From the NCBI GenBank assembly GCA_964509925.1, contig CAZDZI010000004.1, positions 1 to 33,827 of the forward strand: a DNA stretch of 33,827 bases. The letters run 5' to 3'. The stretch comes from Candidatus Woesearchaeota archaeon. GTDB taxonomy: Archaea > Nanobdellota > Nanobdellia > Pacearchaeales > GW2011-AR1. Shown here piece after piece: positions 24,655-33,490 of the stretch. Within the stretch, counting starts at the first letter, position 1. Every line of letters begins with the position of its first letter. The notes under the pieces were generated by a model, which saw only the letters and a list, made by a program, of their open reading frames with translations, did not search any database and had not been told where the DNA came from. Made by a program: the position numbers and the translations under genes.

Positions 24655-25179
24655 ATGAATAATAAAGCTCAAATCTGGATTGAAACAGTGATATATACAT
24701 TAATTGCATTTGTTTTAATAGCGGCTGTGTTAGCATTTGTAAAACCAAAAATTGATGAGCTTCAAGACAAAGCAATAATTGAACAATCAATTAGTATGCT
24801 AAAAGATGTAGACTCCACTGTTAGAGATGTTGTTCAAGGAGGAAGTGGAAATAAAAGAAAATTAGAGATTGGGATAAACAAAGGAAATTTTCAAATTGAT
24901 GGGGAAAGTAATTTATTATTATTTGAAATTGAAAGTAATTTTATCTATAGTGAAATTGGAAAAGAGATTTATGATGGAAATATCATTATTAAAACAAAAG
25001 AATTAGGGGATAAAGGGATTGTTACATTAAAAAGAGTTTACGAGGATTATAATATTACATTTAATAATAAGGAGGCTATAAAAACAATTGGCAAGGCTGC
25101 AACATCATATAATTTATTTGTATCAAATAAAGGAAGAAATGAAAATGATACTTGGCAAGTAGATTTTGAATTAAATTAA
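24655..25179 (+). CDS. prepilin-like protein with Glu at +5
   Basis: Start moved to ATG 24655 (the tracked ORF begins at TTG 24589). The N-terminus is MNNKA|QIWIETVIYTLIAFVLIAAVLAF. Confidence 0.6.
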   Translation: MNNKAQIWIETVIYTLIAFVLIAAVLAFVKPKIDELQDKAIIEQSISMLKDVDSTVRDVVQGGSGNKRKLEIGINKGNFQIDGESNLLLFEIESNFIYSEIGKEIYDGNIIIKTKELGDKGIVTLKRVYEDYNITFNNKEAIKTIGKAATSYNLFVSNKGRNENDTWQVDFELN

Positions 25180-25180
25180 A

Positions 25181-26737
25181 ATGATAAAGGAAAACACAGA
25201 CATAAGTAAGTTTCCAAAAGTAGAGATTAATTTTAATCCAAAGATTCCTTTATTAAAAAAAATTGCAGATAAATCTCATGTAAATGTTAGATATGGTTTA
25301 ATTTCCCCATTTGCTTATGCACATATTCATTGGGATGAAAAAAGATTTGAATTAGTTTATGATATTGAAGAACCAATTTTAAATAATCAAGAAATACAAT
25401 ATAAAAATGACCTTATCTCTGCTATGAAAGAAATAATTAATTTTGAAAAAGTAGTAGAAAAGAAAAAAGAATCTTTATTAGAATATCTAGACAAAATGTT
25501 TAGGGTTTTAGCTGTTGAATTAGGAATGACTATGAACTATGAAAGTTATAAGAAGATTTTTTATTACATTGTAAGAGATTTTATGGGATTTAATGAGATT
25601 GAACCTTTACTAAGAGATTATTTTGTAGAAGATATTGAATGCAATGGTGTTGGCTCTCCTGTTTATCTTGTTCATAGAATTTATAGGAATTTGAGAACAA
25701 ATCTTACATATAAAAGTATGGATAAAGTAGAGGGTTTTGTTGAAAAACTTGCTCAAAGAAGTGGAAAATATATTTCATATTCTAATCCTATTTTAGATGC
25801 AAGTCTTCCCGATGGTAGCAGAGTTAATGCAACTTATACTAAAGACATTACTAGTAAAGGTCCTACATTTACTATTAGAAAATTCACAAAAACTCCTTGG
25901 ACTCCCCCTCAATTATTAGCATTTAGAACTCTTAGTCCTGAGATGCTTTCTTACTTATGGCTTTTAACTCAATATGGTTCAAATATTCTTATTGCAGGAG
26001 GAACAGCTTCTGGAAAAACTACTTTATTAAATGCCATGGCTTTTTTTATCCCTCCAGAAAAAAGAGTTGTTAGTATTGAAGATACAAAAGAATTAAATCT
26101 TCCAAGAGAAAACTGGCTTCCCAGTGTTGTTAGAACAGCCACAGGAGTTGGAGGGGCTGGAGAAATAGACTTATTTACCTTGCTTAGAGCTTCATTTAGA
26201 CAAAATCCAGATTATGTAATCGTTGGTGAAGTTAGAGGTAAAGAAGCATATGTATTGTTTCAAGGAATGGCTTCAGGACATTCCTCAATTGGAACTATTC
26301 ACGCAGATTCTGTTGACACTGTAATAAAAAGACTAGAAAGTCCTCCAATAAGTTTATCTCCTACTTTAGTTAATTTGCTTGATTGTGTATGTATTATGAG
26401 TCATGCAAGTGTACAAGGGATAGAAACAAGAAAATTAAGAGAAATGGTAGAAGTGTTAGATGTAGATAACGCAGGAGTTGCTTTGACAAATAAACCATTT
26501 ATCTGGAATGCTCAAGAAGATAATTTTTATTATAAAGAAGGTAATAAGATGTTTGAAAAAATTGCAATAAGAAATGGCTTGAAAATGGAAGATTTAGAAA
26601 GAGAATTTAAAAGAAGATCTGAATTATTAAGAAAAATGCATAAACAAAAAATATTCAAATTCAAGCAAGTTCAGGATTTAATTAATGAATACTATAAGAA
26701 ACCTCAAGAGGTTTTGAAAAGATTTGGTATTAGGTGA
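25181..26737 (+). CDS. type IV filament assembly ATPase (FlaI/PilB/TadA, GspE superfamily)
   Basis: Motifs are Walker A GGTASGKTT, SIEDTKEL, Walker B/Asp box PDYVIVGEVRGKEA, His box GHSSIGTIHA and the N-terminal ECNGVGSPVYLVH segment. It is 518 aa long. Confidence 0.85.
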   Translation: MIKENTDISKFPKVEINFNPKIPLLKKIADKSHVNVRYGLISPFAYAHIHWDEKRFELVYDIEEPILNNQEIQYKNDLISAMKEIINFEKVVEKKKESLLEYLDKMFRVLAVELGMTMNYESYKKIFYYIVRDFMGFNEIEPLLRDYFVEDIECNGVGSPVYLVHRIYRNLRTNLTYKSMDKVEGFVEKLAQRSGKYISYSNPILDASLPDGSRVNATYTKDITSKGPTFTIRKFTKTPWTPPQLLAFRTLSPEMLSYLWLLTQYGSNILIAGGTASGKTTLLNAMAFFIPPEKRVVSIEDTKELNLPRENWLPSVVRTATGVGGAGEIDLFTLLRASFRQNPDYVIVGEVRGKEAYVLFQGMASGHSSIGTIHADSVDTVIKRLESPPISLSPTLVNLLDCVCIMSHASVQGIETRKLREMVEVLDVDNAGVALTNKPFIWNAQEDNFYYKEGNKMFEKIAIRNGLKMEDLEREFKRRSELLRKMHKQKIFKFKQVQDLINEYYKKPQEVLKRFGIR

Positions 26738-26785
26738 TTAAATAGAATTAATCTCTTTTCCTTTAAAGAACCTTATTTAAAATTA

Positions 26786-28150
26786 TTAAAGTGTTATTCT
26801 TAACAACATAATAACTCCAATTAATATAATCAAGATTGAACTAATTAGTTTAAGAATATTATATCCTTTAAATTCTTCAGGAATGAAATTAAATGCTTTT
26901 TTGAAATGTAGGAATAGGAAAGATATTGCTAGGATTGTTGAAATTAAACCTAAAGAAAAGAAAAGCAATGAAAATAATGCTTGATAATACAAGTTCAATG
27001 AAATTAATATTGAAAATAAAAGCCAAGCAGTTGGGCATGGTGCAAGTCCAGCTAATATTCCTATTGAAAAAAGATTTTTCTTCTCTGATTTATGATGATG
27101 TGAAGGGTCATGTTCGTGATTATGCATGTGATCATTCTCGTAAGTATGTAAGTGAGTATGTTCATGAGGATGTTTGTGGGGATGTTCATGACTATGTCCG
27201 TGATGGTGATGTGTATGAGCCTTATTTTTACTAATGTTTTTTAAGAAGAAATTTATACCAAACATAATTATTAAAAGTGCAGCAAAAATTGTTATATAGT
27301 TCATATATTCATTTTTTAAGCTTAGCGGCAAAAATAAAAAAACAAAACTCAACAATAACACATCTAAAACATGGGTTGTTGCAGTTGTTAAAGAAAGAAT
27401 TAAAATATCTTTATTAGAAACTTTTTTCCCAATAATATACGAAACAATTAAAGATTTTCCATGACCTGGAGAAAAACTATGTAATACTCCTAAAAAAAAG
27501 GAAAAAATAAGAAATAAGAAAAAGTACTCTTTCTTTTTTGAAAGTTCAATAACCTTATTAAAAATATTGGAATTCTCTTGTATTTTAGTTTCATTTAATT
27601 CTTCTTGGAGATTGATACTATCAAAGTTTATTTTGCCTGGATTAATGCCACAAATTTTAGAATAATTATACTCAATCTCAGGTAGAGTCATGTCTGTATA
27701 AATAACTTTCACTGAATTTGTACAATTTACTACATAATATTGTTCAAAATAATATCCTGTCTTTTCGTAAAATAAATTATTTTTTAAATTTAAAGAATTA
27801 ATATTTGAAAAACATTCATAAGTAACATTATATCTTTCAACAGAACTAGATAAATCAAAGAATTTTGAGAAGGATGATTCTACTAGAGAACATTCTTTTC
27901 CATCTTGAATTATGGTTAAGTTTTTGTTAAAGTTTTGAATAGAATAATTAAAATAATCAAAACCACTGCATTGATAATCATTACAAAACATAGGTACAAC
28001 TATCTCCAAATTTAAGGTATTATTTTCTGTTTCAATAAAGATATTTGAATAAGGAACTGAATGTGCTTGAGAAACCGGGATTATTAGTAAAAAAAGGAAA
28101 AATAATAAGATTAAACTTATCCCGAATCTTTTATTGGTTTGGATTATCAT
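26786..28150 (-). CDS. RcnA/NicO-family nickel/cobalt transporter with N-terminal extracellular domain and His-rich loop
   Basis: NicO signatures HSFSPGHGKS and GLAPCPTAW are present. The cytoplasmic-loop stretch HTHHHHGHSHEHPHKHPHEHTHLHTYENDHMHNHEHDPSHHH (27092-27217) has 21 His in 42 residues. An N-terminal signal peptide is followed by a ~180-aa Cys- and NxS/T-rich domain. Confidence 0.7.
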   Translation of the reverse strand: MIIQTNKRFGISLILLFFLFLLIIPVSQAHSVPYSNIFIETENNTLNLEIVVPMFCNDYQCSGFDYFNYSIQNFNKNLTIIQDGKECSLVESSFSKFFDLSSSVERYNVTYECFSNINSLNLKNNLFYEKTGYYFEQYYVVNCTNSVKVIYTDMTLPEIEYNYSKICGINPGKINFDSINLQEELNETKIQENSNIFNKVIELSKKKEYFFLFLIFSFFLGVLHSFSPGHGKSLIVSYIIGKKVSNKDILILSLTTATTHVLDVLLLSFVFLFLPLSLKNEYMNYITIFAALLIIMFGINFFLKNISKNKAHTHHHHGHSHEHPHKHPHEHTHLHTYENDHMHNHEHDPSHHHKSEKKNLFSIGILAGLAPCPTAWLLFSILISLNLYYQALFSLLFFSLGLISTILAISFLFLHFKKAFNFIPEEFKGYNILKLISSILIILIGVIMLLRITL

Positions 28151-28310
28151 TATAAAAAATAAAAATCATAGTGATTTATAAAGATTCTTTTTTAAGGGGG
28201 CTTTTTCATACCCCTCAAGGGCACAAGTAAAAAATTCTTTAGAGTATAACTAGAAAGAATTTTATTCGATAAACACAATCTTTAATAATATATTTTTCTT
28301 CAGTCTTTTA

Positions 28311-28475
28311 ATGAAAAAAGAGGATATATCTTTTCTTATGCAATTAGTGGAATCTTTAGAAGATTCTGAAAAAAAATTAGAAGAAATTTACAAAAAACAA
28401 GATGTGAATGAATTCAATAAAATAAAAAAGTTTATGTTAGAAATGCAATCACAAATCTCAGGATTATTAAAATGA
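28311..28475 (+). CDS. small coiled-coil ORF (54 aa) translationally coupled to the platform gene
   Basis: It is below the ORF-track cutoff. Hand translation gives MKKEDISFLMQLVESLEDSEKKLEEIYKKQDVNEFNKIKKFMLEMQSQISGLLK. Its TGA overlaps the downstream ATG (ATGA at 28472-28475). Confidence 0.45.
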   Translation: MKKEDISFLMQLVESLEDSEKKLEEIYKKQDVNEFNKIKKFMLEMQSQISGLLK

Positions 28476-29824
28476 TTATAAAAACTTCAATAATGGATTT
28501 AAAAGAAAAGATTTTTAGAGAAGCTAAAACTGCTAAAGAAATTAATTCTTTGTATAATGGGTTTGAAAGTAGTAAAGACCCTTCAGAAAAGGAAATGATT
28601 GATTCTCAGATTAAATCATTAACTATTGCTCTTAAAAAGAATAACGAGGATTTAAAGACAACACTTCAATCATTACATCTTACAAAAAAATTATCTGAAA
28701 TTACAAATATGCCAAAACCTCAAAGAAATATTCCCTCACTTCCTGCAACATTAAAACCCCTTGAACATAGCATTACAAAGCCTTCTCTTAAAATAGCTCA
28801 ACCTATTCCAAAGACTATGGTTAAAAAAACAGAATTTAAATTAACTGATTTAGAAAAAGAAACTTTAAAGAGACTAAGAAAAAAAGAAAAGAAAGTTGAA
28901 ATTAAAAAAGAAAGAAAACCAAGTCTTTATGTTAGAACATCTAATAAATTCTTTTCAAAAATTTCAGGTAAATTATTAGACAAAGGATATTTTAGAACTA
29001 TGAAAAGAAATTTGATTAAATCAAATATGCCTTACTTATCAAAGAGCTATGTTTCAATGATGTTTTTTTCATTAATTATATCTTTTTTTGTTGCTTGTGT
29101 AATTGTAGGAGTTTTATTATTTGTTAATGTGGGGGTTTCATTTCCTTTTATTAGTCTTGTAACAAGAGGTTTTGCAACAAGGCTTTTAGCACTTTCATGG
29201 TTATTGCCAGTTATTCCTCTGGGAACATTCTTAATTATGTATGTTTATCCTGCATTAGAGAAAAAATCTATTGAAGCTAAGATAAATCAAGAACTGCCTT
29301 TTGCAACAATACATATGGCAGCTATTTCAGAATCCTCTATAGAACCAAGCAATATATTTAAAATAATTGTTTCAACAAAAGAATATCCTACTCTTCAAAA
29401 AGAATTTATTAAATTACTTAATGAAATAAATGTTTTTGGATATGATTTAGTTACTGCTCTAAGAAATCTTGCATTTAATAGTCCAAGTAAGAAACTTACA
29501 GAATTATTTGATGGGTTAGCTACAACAATAACTACTGGAGGAGATTTATCTGACTTTTTTGGTAAAAGAGCTCAAACACTATTATTTGATTATAGATTAG
29601 AAAGAGAAAAACAAACAAAATCAGCTGAAACATTTATGGATATTTATATTAGTGTTGTTATTGCAGCTCCAATGATATTAATGTTATTATTAATTATGAT
29701 GAGAATTAGTGGATTAGGTATTTCATTAAGTGCAATAATGATTTCAGTTGTTATGTCTTTAGGTGTAGCAATAATAAATGTCGCGTTTTTAACATTTTTA
29801 CAATTAAAACAACAAAATCAATAA
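28472..29824 (+). CDS. type IV filament platform protein 1 (T2SSF domain; FlaJ/TadB/EpdJ-like) with long N-terminal extension
   Basis: The T2SSF-like segment is ELPFATIHMAAISESSIEPSNIF...GYDLVTALRNLA...LFDGLATTITTGGDLSDFF, flanked by TM helices. The first ~190 aa are a charged soluble extension. Confidence 0.75.
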   Translation: MIIKTSIMDLKEKIFREAKTAKEINSLYNGFESSKDPSEKEMIDSQIKSLTIALKKNNEDLKTTLQSLHLTKKLSEITNMPKPQRNIPSLPATLKPLEHSITKPSLKIAQPIPKTMVKKTEFKLTDLEKETLKRLRKKEKKVEIKKERKPSLYVRTSNKFFSKISGKLLDKGYFRTMKRNLIKSNMPYLSKSYVSMMFFSLIISFFVACVIVGVLLFVNVGVSFPFISLVTRGFATRLLALSWLLPVIPLGTFLIMYVYPALEKKSIEAKINQELPFATIHMAAISESSIEPSNIFKIIVSTKEYPTLQKEFIKLLNEINVFGYDLVTALRNLAFNSPSKKLTELFDGLATTITTGGDLSDFFGKRAQTLLFDYRLEREKQTKSAETFMDIYISVVIAAPMILMLLLIMMRISGLGISLSAIMISVVMSLGVAIINVAFLTFLQLKQQNQ

Positions 29825-29825
29825 A

Positions 29826-30659
29826 ATGGCAATAAAAGGTTTTCACTTTGTTGGAATTTTTTTAGGGTTAGTTGTAACAGGATTATCTTTTTTATTTTAT
29901 GGTGAAGCAATATTTTTCTTTTTAATTGGAATAGGAATTTTAATTGCTGCTTCTCCAATGGTTATAGGAGTTATTAAAAATACTACTGTTGCAAATGAAA
30001 AAGAAGAAATGTTTTTAGAGTTTGCAAGAAATCTTGTTGAAAGTGTTAATACTGGAGCTCCAATAAGTAAGAGTATTTTAAATGTTAAAGAAAGGCCTTA
30101 TGGAGTTTTAGGACCTCATGTAAAAAAACTTGCTAATCAAATACAATTAGGGATTCCATTAAACAAAGCACTTACAACTTTTTCAAAAGATGTTAATAAT
30201 AAAACAATTTCAAGAGCATTGACTTTAATTGGTCAGGCAGAGAGAGCAGGAGGAGATATTGGGGTTATTCTTGAATCAGTTGCTGAAGCAGTTAGTATGT
30301 CAGAAAAATTAAAGAAAGAAAGAAAAGCTGCTATTTCCACATTAGTTGTTCAGGGATATATTATCTTTGTTGTATTTATTATTATTGTTTTAGTTATGCA
30401 ATTTAGAATTCTTCCAATGATTTCAGGTATTGCAGATGTTGGAGGAGCAATAGGGCTTGGTGAAGGTGGACAGACAATAGATCAATCAGAAATATCAAAT
30501 GCATTCTTATATTTACTTTTGATTCAAGGACTTTTTAGTGGATTAACTATTGGTAAGCTTTCAGAGAATAATGTAAAAGCAGGGATTAAACACTCTTTTA
30601 CTCTAATGTTCTTATCATTTATAATTTCAGCAGGAGCAAATCTTTTATTTGGAGCTTAA
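29826..30659 (+). CDS. type IV filament platform protein 2 (T2SSF domain; FlaJ/TadC/EpdK-like)
   Basis: The T2SSF-like segment is FLEFARNLVESVNTGAPISKSI...LGIPLNKALTTF...LIGQAERAGGDIGVILESVA, flanked by TM helices. It starts 2 nt after the upstream stop. Confidence 0.75.
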   Translation: MAIKGFHFVGIFLGLVVTGLSFLFYGEAIFFFLIGIGILIAASPMVIGVIKNTTVANEKEEMFLEFARNLVESVNTGAPISKSILNVKERPYGVLGPHVKKLANQIQLGIPLNKALTTFSKDVNNKTISRALTLIGQAERAGGDIGVILESVAEAVSMSEKLKKERKAAISTLVVQGYIIFVVFIIIVLVMQFRILPMISGIADVGGAIGLGEGGQTIDQSEISNAFLYLLLIQGLFSGLTIGKLSENNVKAGIKHSFTLMFLSFIISAGANLLFGA

Positions 30660-30660
30660 A

Positions 30661-31362
30661 ATGAATCGTAAAGCATCACATGTGGGAGTAGTTTTATCTT
30701 TTGTTATATTTATAACATTTATTATTTTTTTATATTCTATAACTGAACCAGCTACAACTGTTGATAGAGGCAAGGAAGATTTATTAGAATATCTTAAAAC
30801 AGAATTAATTAGAGATTTTAGTGCAGATATGACAACTGAAACAATTTTGATAAAAGACTCTGTTGTTTCTGACTGTGTTCGTATTGATACTGAAGATGGG
30901 GATTTAACTACCATAGCTAAAGATGAAGAAACAGGGAACATCCTAGAGTCGTATTTTGATGGAAATAAAGTAGAAATAAAAAGAAATAGTGCTACTAATT
31001 TAAAAGTATATTATTCTGAAGAATTTCCAGAAATATATTCTAGCTTAGGTTGTACTGACTTAAATGAAGAGGATTATGAATTTGGGTTAGTAAGAACAAT
31101 GGAAGAGATATTTGAAAGTAGAATATTAAACTTTTCAAATTTTATTAATAACTCTCAAGGCTATGATTCAATAAAAGAGGAATATAATATTCCTCCTGGA
31201 AGTGAATTTGGTTTTGCTTTTGAAGATGGAAATAGAAATGTTCTTGTTGAAACACAAGATAAAGATGTCTCAACAGATATTTATGTTAATGAAGTAACAA
31301 TCCAGTATATTGATAACGAAGCTAATATAAAGCCAGGGTTCATTAGGATAAAAGTATGGTGA
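30661..31362 (+). CDS. prepilin-like protein
   Basis: Start moved to ATG 30661, just after the upstream stop. The N-terminus is MNRKA|SHVGVVLSFVIFITFIIFLY, followed by an acidic globular domain. Confidence 0.55.
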   Translation: MNRKASHVGVVLSFVIFITFIIFLYSITEPATTVDRGKEDLLEYLKTELIRDFSADMTTETILIKDSVVSDCVRIDTEDGDLTTIAKDEETGNILESYFDGNKVEIKRNSATNLKVYYSEEFPEIYSSLGCTDLNEEDYEFGLVRTMEEIFESRILNFSNFINNSQGYDSIKEEYNIPPGSEFGFAFEDGNRNVLVETQDKDVSTDIYVNEVTIQYIDNEANIKPGFIRIKVW

Positions 31363-31390
31363 ATAAAGAGCACTAGTAGCTGATTAAAAA

Positions 31391-31810
31391 ATGATAATGC
31401 ATAATAAAAGAGGATGGATAAAAATTATAGAAGCGTTTATTGCAATATTATTAGTAGCAGGAGTTTTATTATTTGTTATAAATAAAGGGTATGTTGGAAA
31501 GAGAGATATTTCTGGTAGAGTTTATGAAGCTCAGGTTGCAATATTAAGAGAAATTGAATTAGAAGAGGGTCTAAGAACCCAGATTCTTAATGCTAATCTA
31601 GGAGGAGTTGTACCTCAAGCAGTTTTAGATAAAATTGAACAAAGAAAACCAGATTATTTGACTTGTGATGGAAAAATTTGTGGATTAGATGCTATTTGTG
31701 AATTAGATTCTTATATTGAAAAAGATATTTATGCTCAATCAGTTGCAATTGTTGCTGATAAAGATAATTTTGAACCAAGGCAATTAAAATTATTTTGTTG
31801 GACTGACTAA
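31391..31810 (+). CDS. prepilin-like protein
   Basis: The N-terminus is MIMHNKRG|WIKIIEAFIAILLVAGVLLFVI. The C-terminal domain has four Cys. An alternative start exists at 31397. Confidence 0.6.
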   Translation: MIMHNKRGWIKIIEAFIAILLVAGVLLFVINKGYVGKRDISGRVYEAQVAILREIELEEGLRTQILNANLGGVVPQAVLDKIEQRKPDYLTCDGKICGLDAICELDSYIEKDIYAQSVAIVADKDNFEPRQLKLFCWTD

Positions 31811-31847
31811 TTTCTAGAAAAAAATAGAATTTATTTTATAAATTAAA

Positions 31848-32348
31848 TTACCATCCATACTCATTTGCTGAACATAAATTATTATAACCTTTTACATTAA
31901 TTCCATCGCTTGCTGCAGTTGCAATAGATTTGCATATTTCACTTCCCTCAATATATTCCAATGTTGTACTTGTTCCATTTTCCCAACCAGAACTTTTTCC
32001 ATTACAATCCCCATCACGTCCTCCCTCTGTCCAAGCCCTTGTTTGAACCTGACCATTAACATATCTTGCTTGAGCATATACTTCTACAAGACTAGTATAT
32101 GGATAACGGCTAGAAGGATACTCACAATTTGCAATTGGAGTATAAAAAGAAACAGAACCTAATCCTTCAAAAGAAATTTCCCCTAAATTAATATTATCAA
32201 TTTTATCATTCCAATTTATCTCTCCAACAGAATGCCCAACAACACTTGGACTTGAAGTTCCATAAGCATAAACTAATCCTCCAGCTAAAAGAAACATAAT
32301 TCCTAGAATCATTAAAACTCCTCTTTTTTCTATTGATATTGTCACCAT
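31848..32348 (-). CDS. prepilin-like or secreted Cys-containing protein
   Basis: The N-terminus is MVTISIEKRG|VLMILGIMFLLAGGLVYA, followed by a Gly/Ser/Tyr/Trp-rich domain with Cys. It is convergent with the end of the filament locus. Confidence 0.5.
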   Translation of the reverse strand: MVTISIEKRGVLMILGIMFLLAGGLVYAYGTSSPSVVGHSVGEINWNDKIDNINLGEISFEGLGSVSFYTPIANCEYPSSRYPYTSLVEVYAQARYVNGQVQTRAWTEGGRDGDCNGKSSGWENGTSTTLEYIEGSEICKSIATAASDGINVKGYNNLCSANEYGW

Positions 32349-32396
32349 TTTAATTATAATGGAAAGTAACTTAAATACTTTTCTGCTAAAAAGAAA

Positions 32397-32801
32397 ATGA
32401 GATTTAAATATTTAGAACATACTGCAGATATTAAATTCCAAGCATTTGGCGATTCAATTGAAGAAGCTTTTAAAAATTCTGCACTTGCTATGACAAATTC
32501 TATGTTTGATGGCAAAGTTAAAAAGAGAATAACAAAAAAAATAAAAGTTCAGGGAAAAGATAATGAAAGATTATTATATGAATTCTTAGAGGAGTTATTA
32601 TTTTTATTAGATTCTGAAGACTTTATTTTATCTGAAGTAAAAAAGATTAAAATTAATAAAAATAAATTAGAAGCTGAACTTATTGGAGATACTGCTTCAA
32701 ATTATGATTTTGGTATTGTTGTCAAAGCAATAACATACAATGAGATGTTTGTAAAAAATGAAAAAAAGAAATGGATTACTCAAGTAGTTATAGATGTATA
32801 A
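32397..32801 (+). CDS. archease (RtcB activator)
   Basis: MRFKYLEHTADIKFQAFGDSIEEAF and KAITYNEM match the archease family. It is 134 aa long. Confidence 0.85.
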   Translation: MRFKYLEHTADIKFQAFGDSIEEAFKNSALAMTNSMFDGKVKKRITKKIKVQGKDNERLLYEFLEELLFLLDSEDFILSEVKKIKINKNKLEAELIGDTASNYDFGIVVKAITYNEMFVKNEKKKWITQVVIDV

Positions 32802-32821
32802 AGGGAACCAAGGTTCACCCT
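32802..32821 (+). terminator. imperfect hairpin after archease (GGGAACC-aa-GGTTC(A)CCC)
   Basis: Read directly after the stop codon. The stem has one bulged A and no long T-tract follows, so support is weak. Confidence 0.3.
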
Positions 32822-32872
32822 TCATGAATATAGAATAATTATCTTTTTAAATTTAATAATTCTTAATTTTTT

Positions 32873-33460
32873 ATGGTTAGTAGACAATCTAAGAAGCAAA
32901 TGCAAGAATTCTTAGTGGAAGCATTAAGAGATGGGGGGTATAATGCAGAACCCAAATCAAGGGAAGTTGTAAGTGGAATTACTACTAATTTAATTGCTGT
33001 TGAAAATGGAGGTGTTGTTTTAATTGATAAATATTATCCTGGAAAAAGTATGAATAATTTATATGATATTTTTAAAAGGGAAAATATTGCATATGTTTTT
33101 TTAAAAGATGGCGAAACTTTTTTTAAAAATGCCTGGGAGAAAAATTTCTTTAAAAAAAGTCAAAGATTGAGTCTTAAACATTATGATAAGGATGATTTAC
33201 ATAAAATGATTCTTTTTAGGCCAGAAGAAAAATTGATTAGAAACTCTCGGGAGCAAGTTCAATATTATCAGCCAGCTTCTTCAAGATTGCAAGAAGGATT
33301 AAGAACTTTTCAGTTTAAGAATGTTAGATTAGATTATAGCCATATTTCTTCTAATGAAAGGTTTAAACCAGATAATAAAAACTCAGAAAAATTATTTATT
33401 TGGACAAATGAAGAATTTAGTAATGGAAATTTATGTCTAGATAAGGGTTATCTTGAATAA
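32873..33460 (+). CDS. hypothetical protein (possible degenerate Hjc/PD-(D/E)xK-like N-terminal region)
   Basis: 195-aa ORF between archease and rtcB. QEFLVEALRDGGYNAE...TTNLIAVENGGVVLIDKYY loosely parallels the Hjc pattern E..L...L...GF...D[IL][IV]A..NG...[LI]IEVK, but the catalytic Asp and the E-x-K spacing are not conserved. Confidence 0.45.
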   Translation: MVSRQSKKQMQEFLVEALRDGGYNAEPKSREVVSGITTNLIAVENGGVVLIDKYYPGKSMNNLYDIFKRENIAYVFLKDGETFFKNAWEKNFFKKSQRLSLKHYDKDDLHKMILFRPEEKLIRNSREQVQYYQPASSRLQEGLRTFQFKNVRLDYSHISSNERFKPDNKNSEKLFIWTNEEFSNGNLCLDKGYLE

Positions 33461-33490
33461 GTTTATTAAACCTTAAACCTATTTTTTTAG

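Noticed and set aside
26926-27234. Periodic His-codon-like repeats (catga/gtgat units) and a 102-aa plus-strand ORF. I briefly considered a tandem repeat or CRISPR-like array.
   Set aside because: The periodicity comes from the His-x-His-x coding loop of the minus-strand NicO/RcnA-like transporter. There are no repeat-spacer units of constant length, and the plus-strand ORF is a shadow frame.
22541-31810. Interpretation of the filament locus as an archaellum (fla/arl) operon.
   Set aside because: There are no FlaH/ArlH (KaiC-like), FlaC/D/E, FlaX or FlaF/G-pair genes and no archaellin-length genes. The platform is split Tad/Epd-style. Only the ATPase and the class-III signal peptides are shared with archaella.
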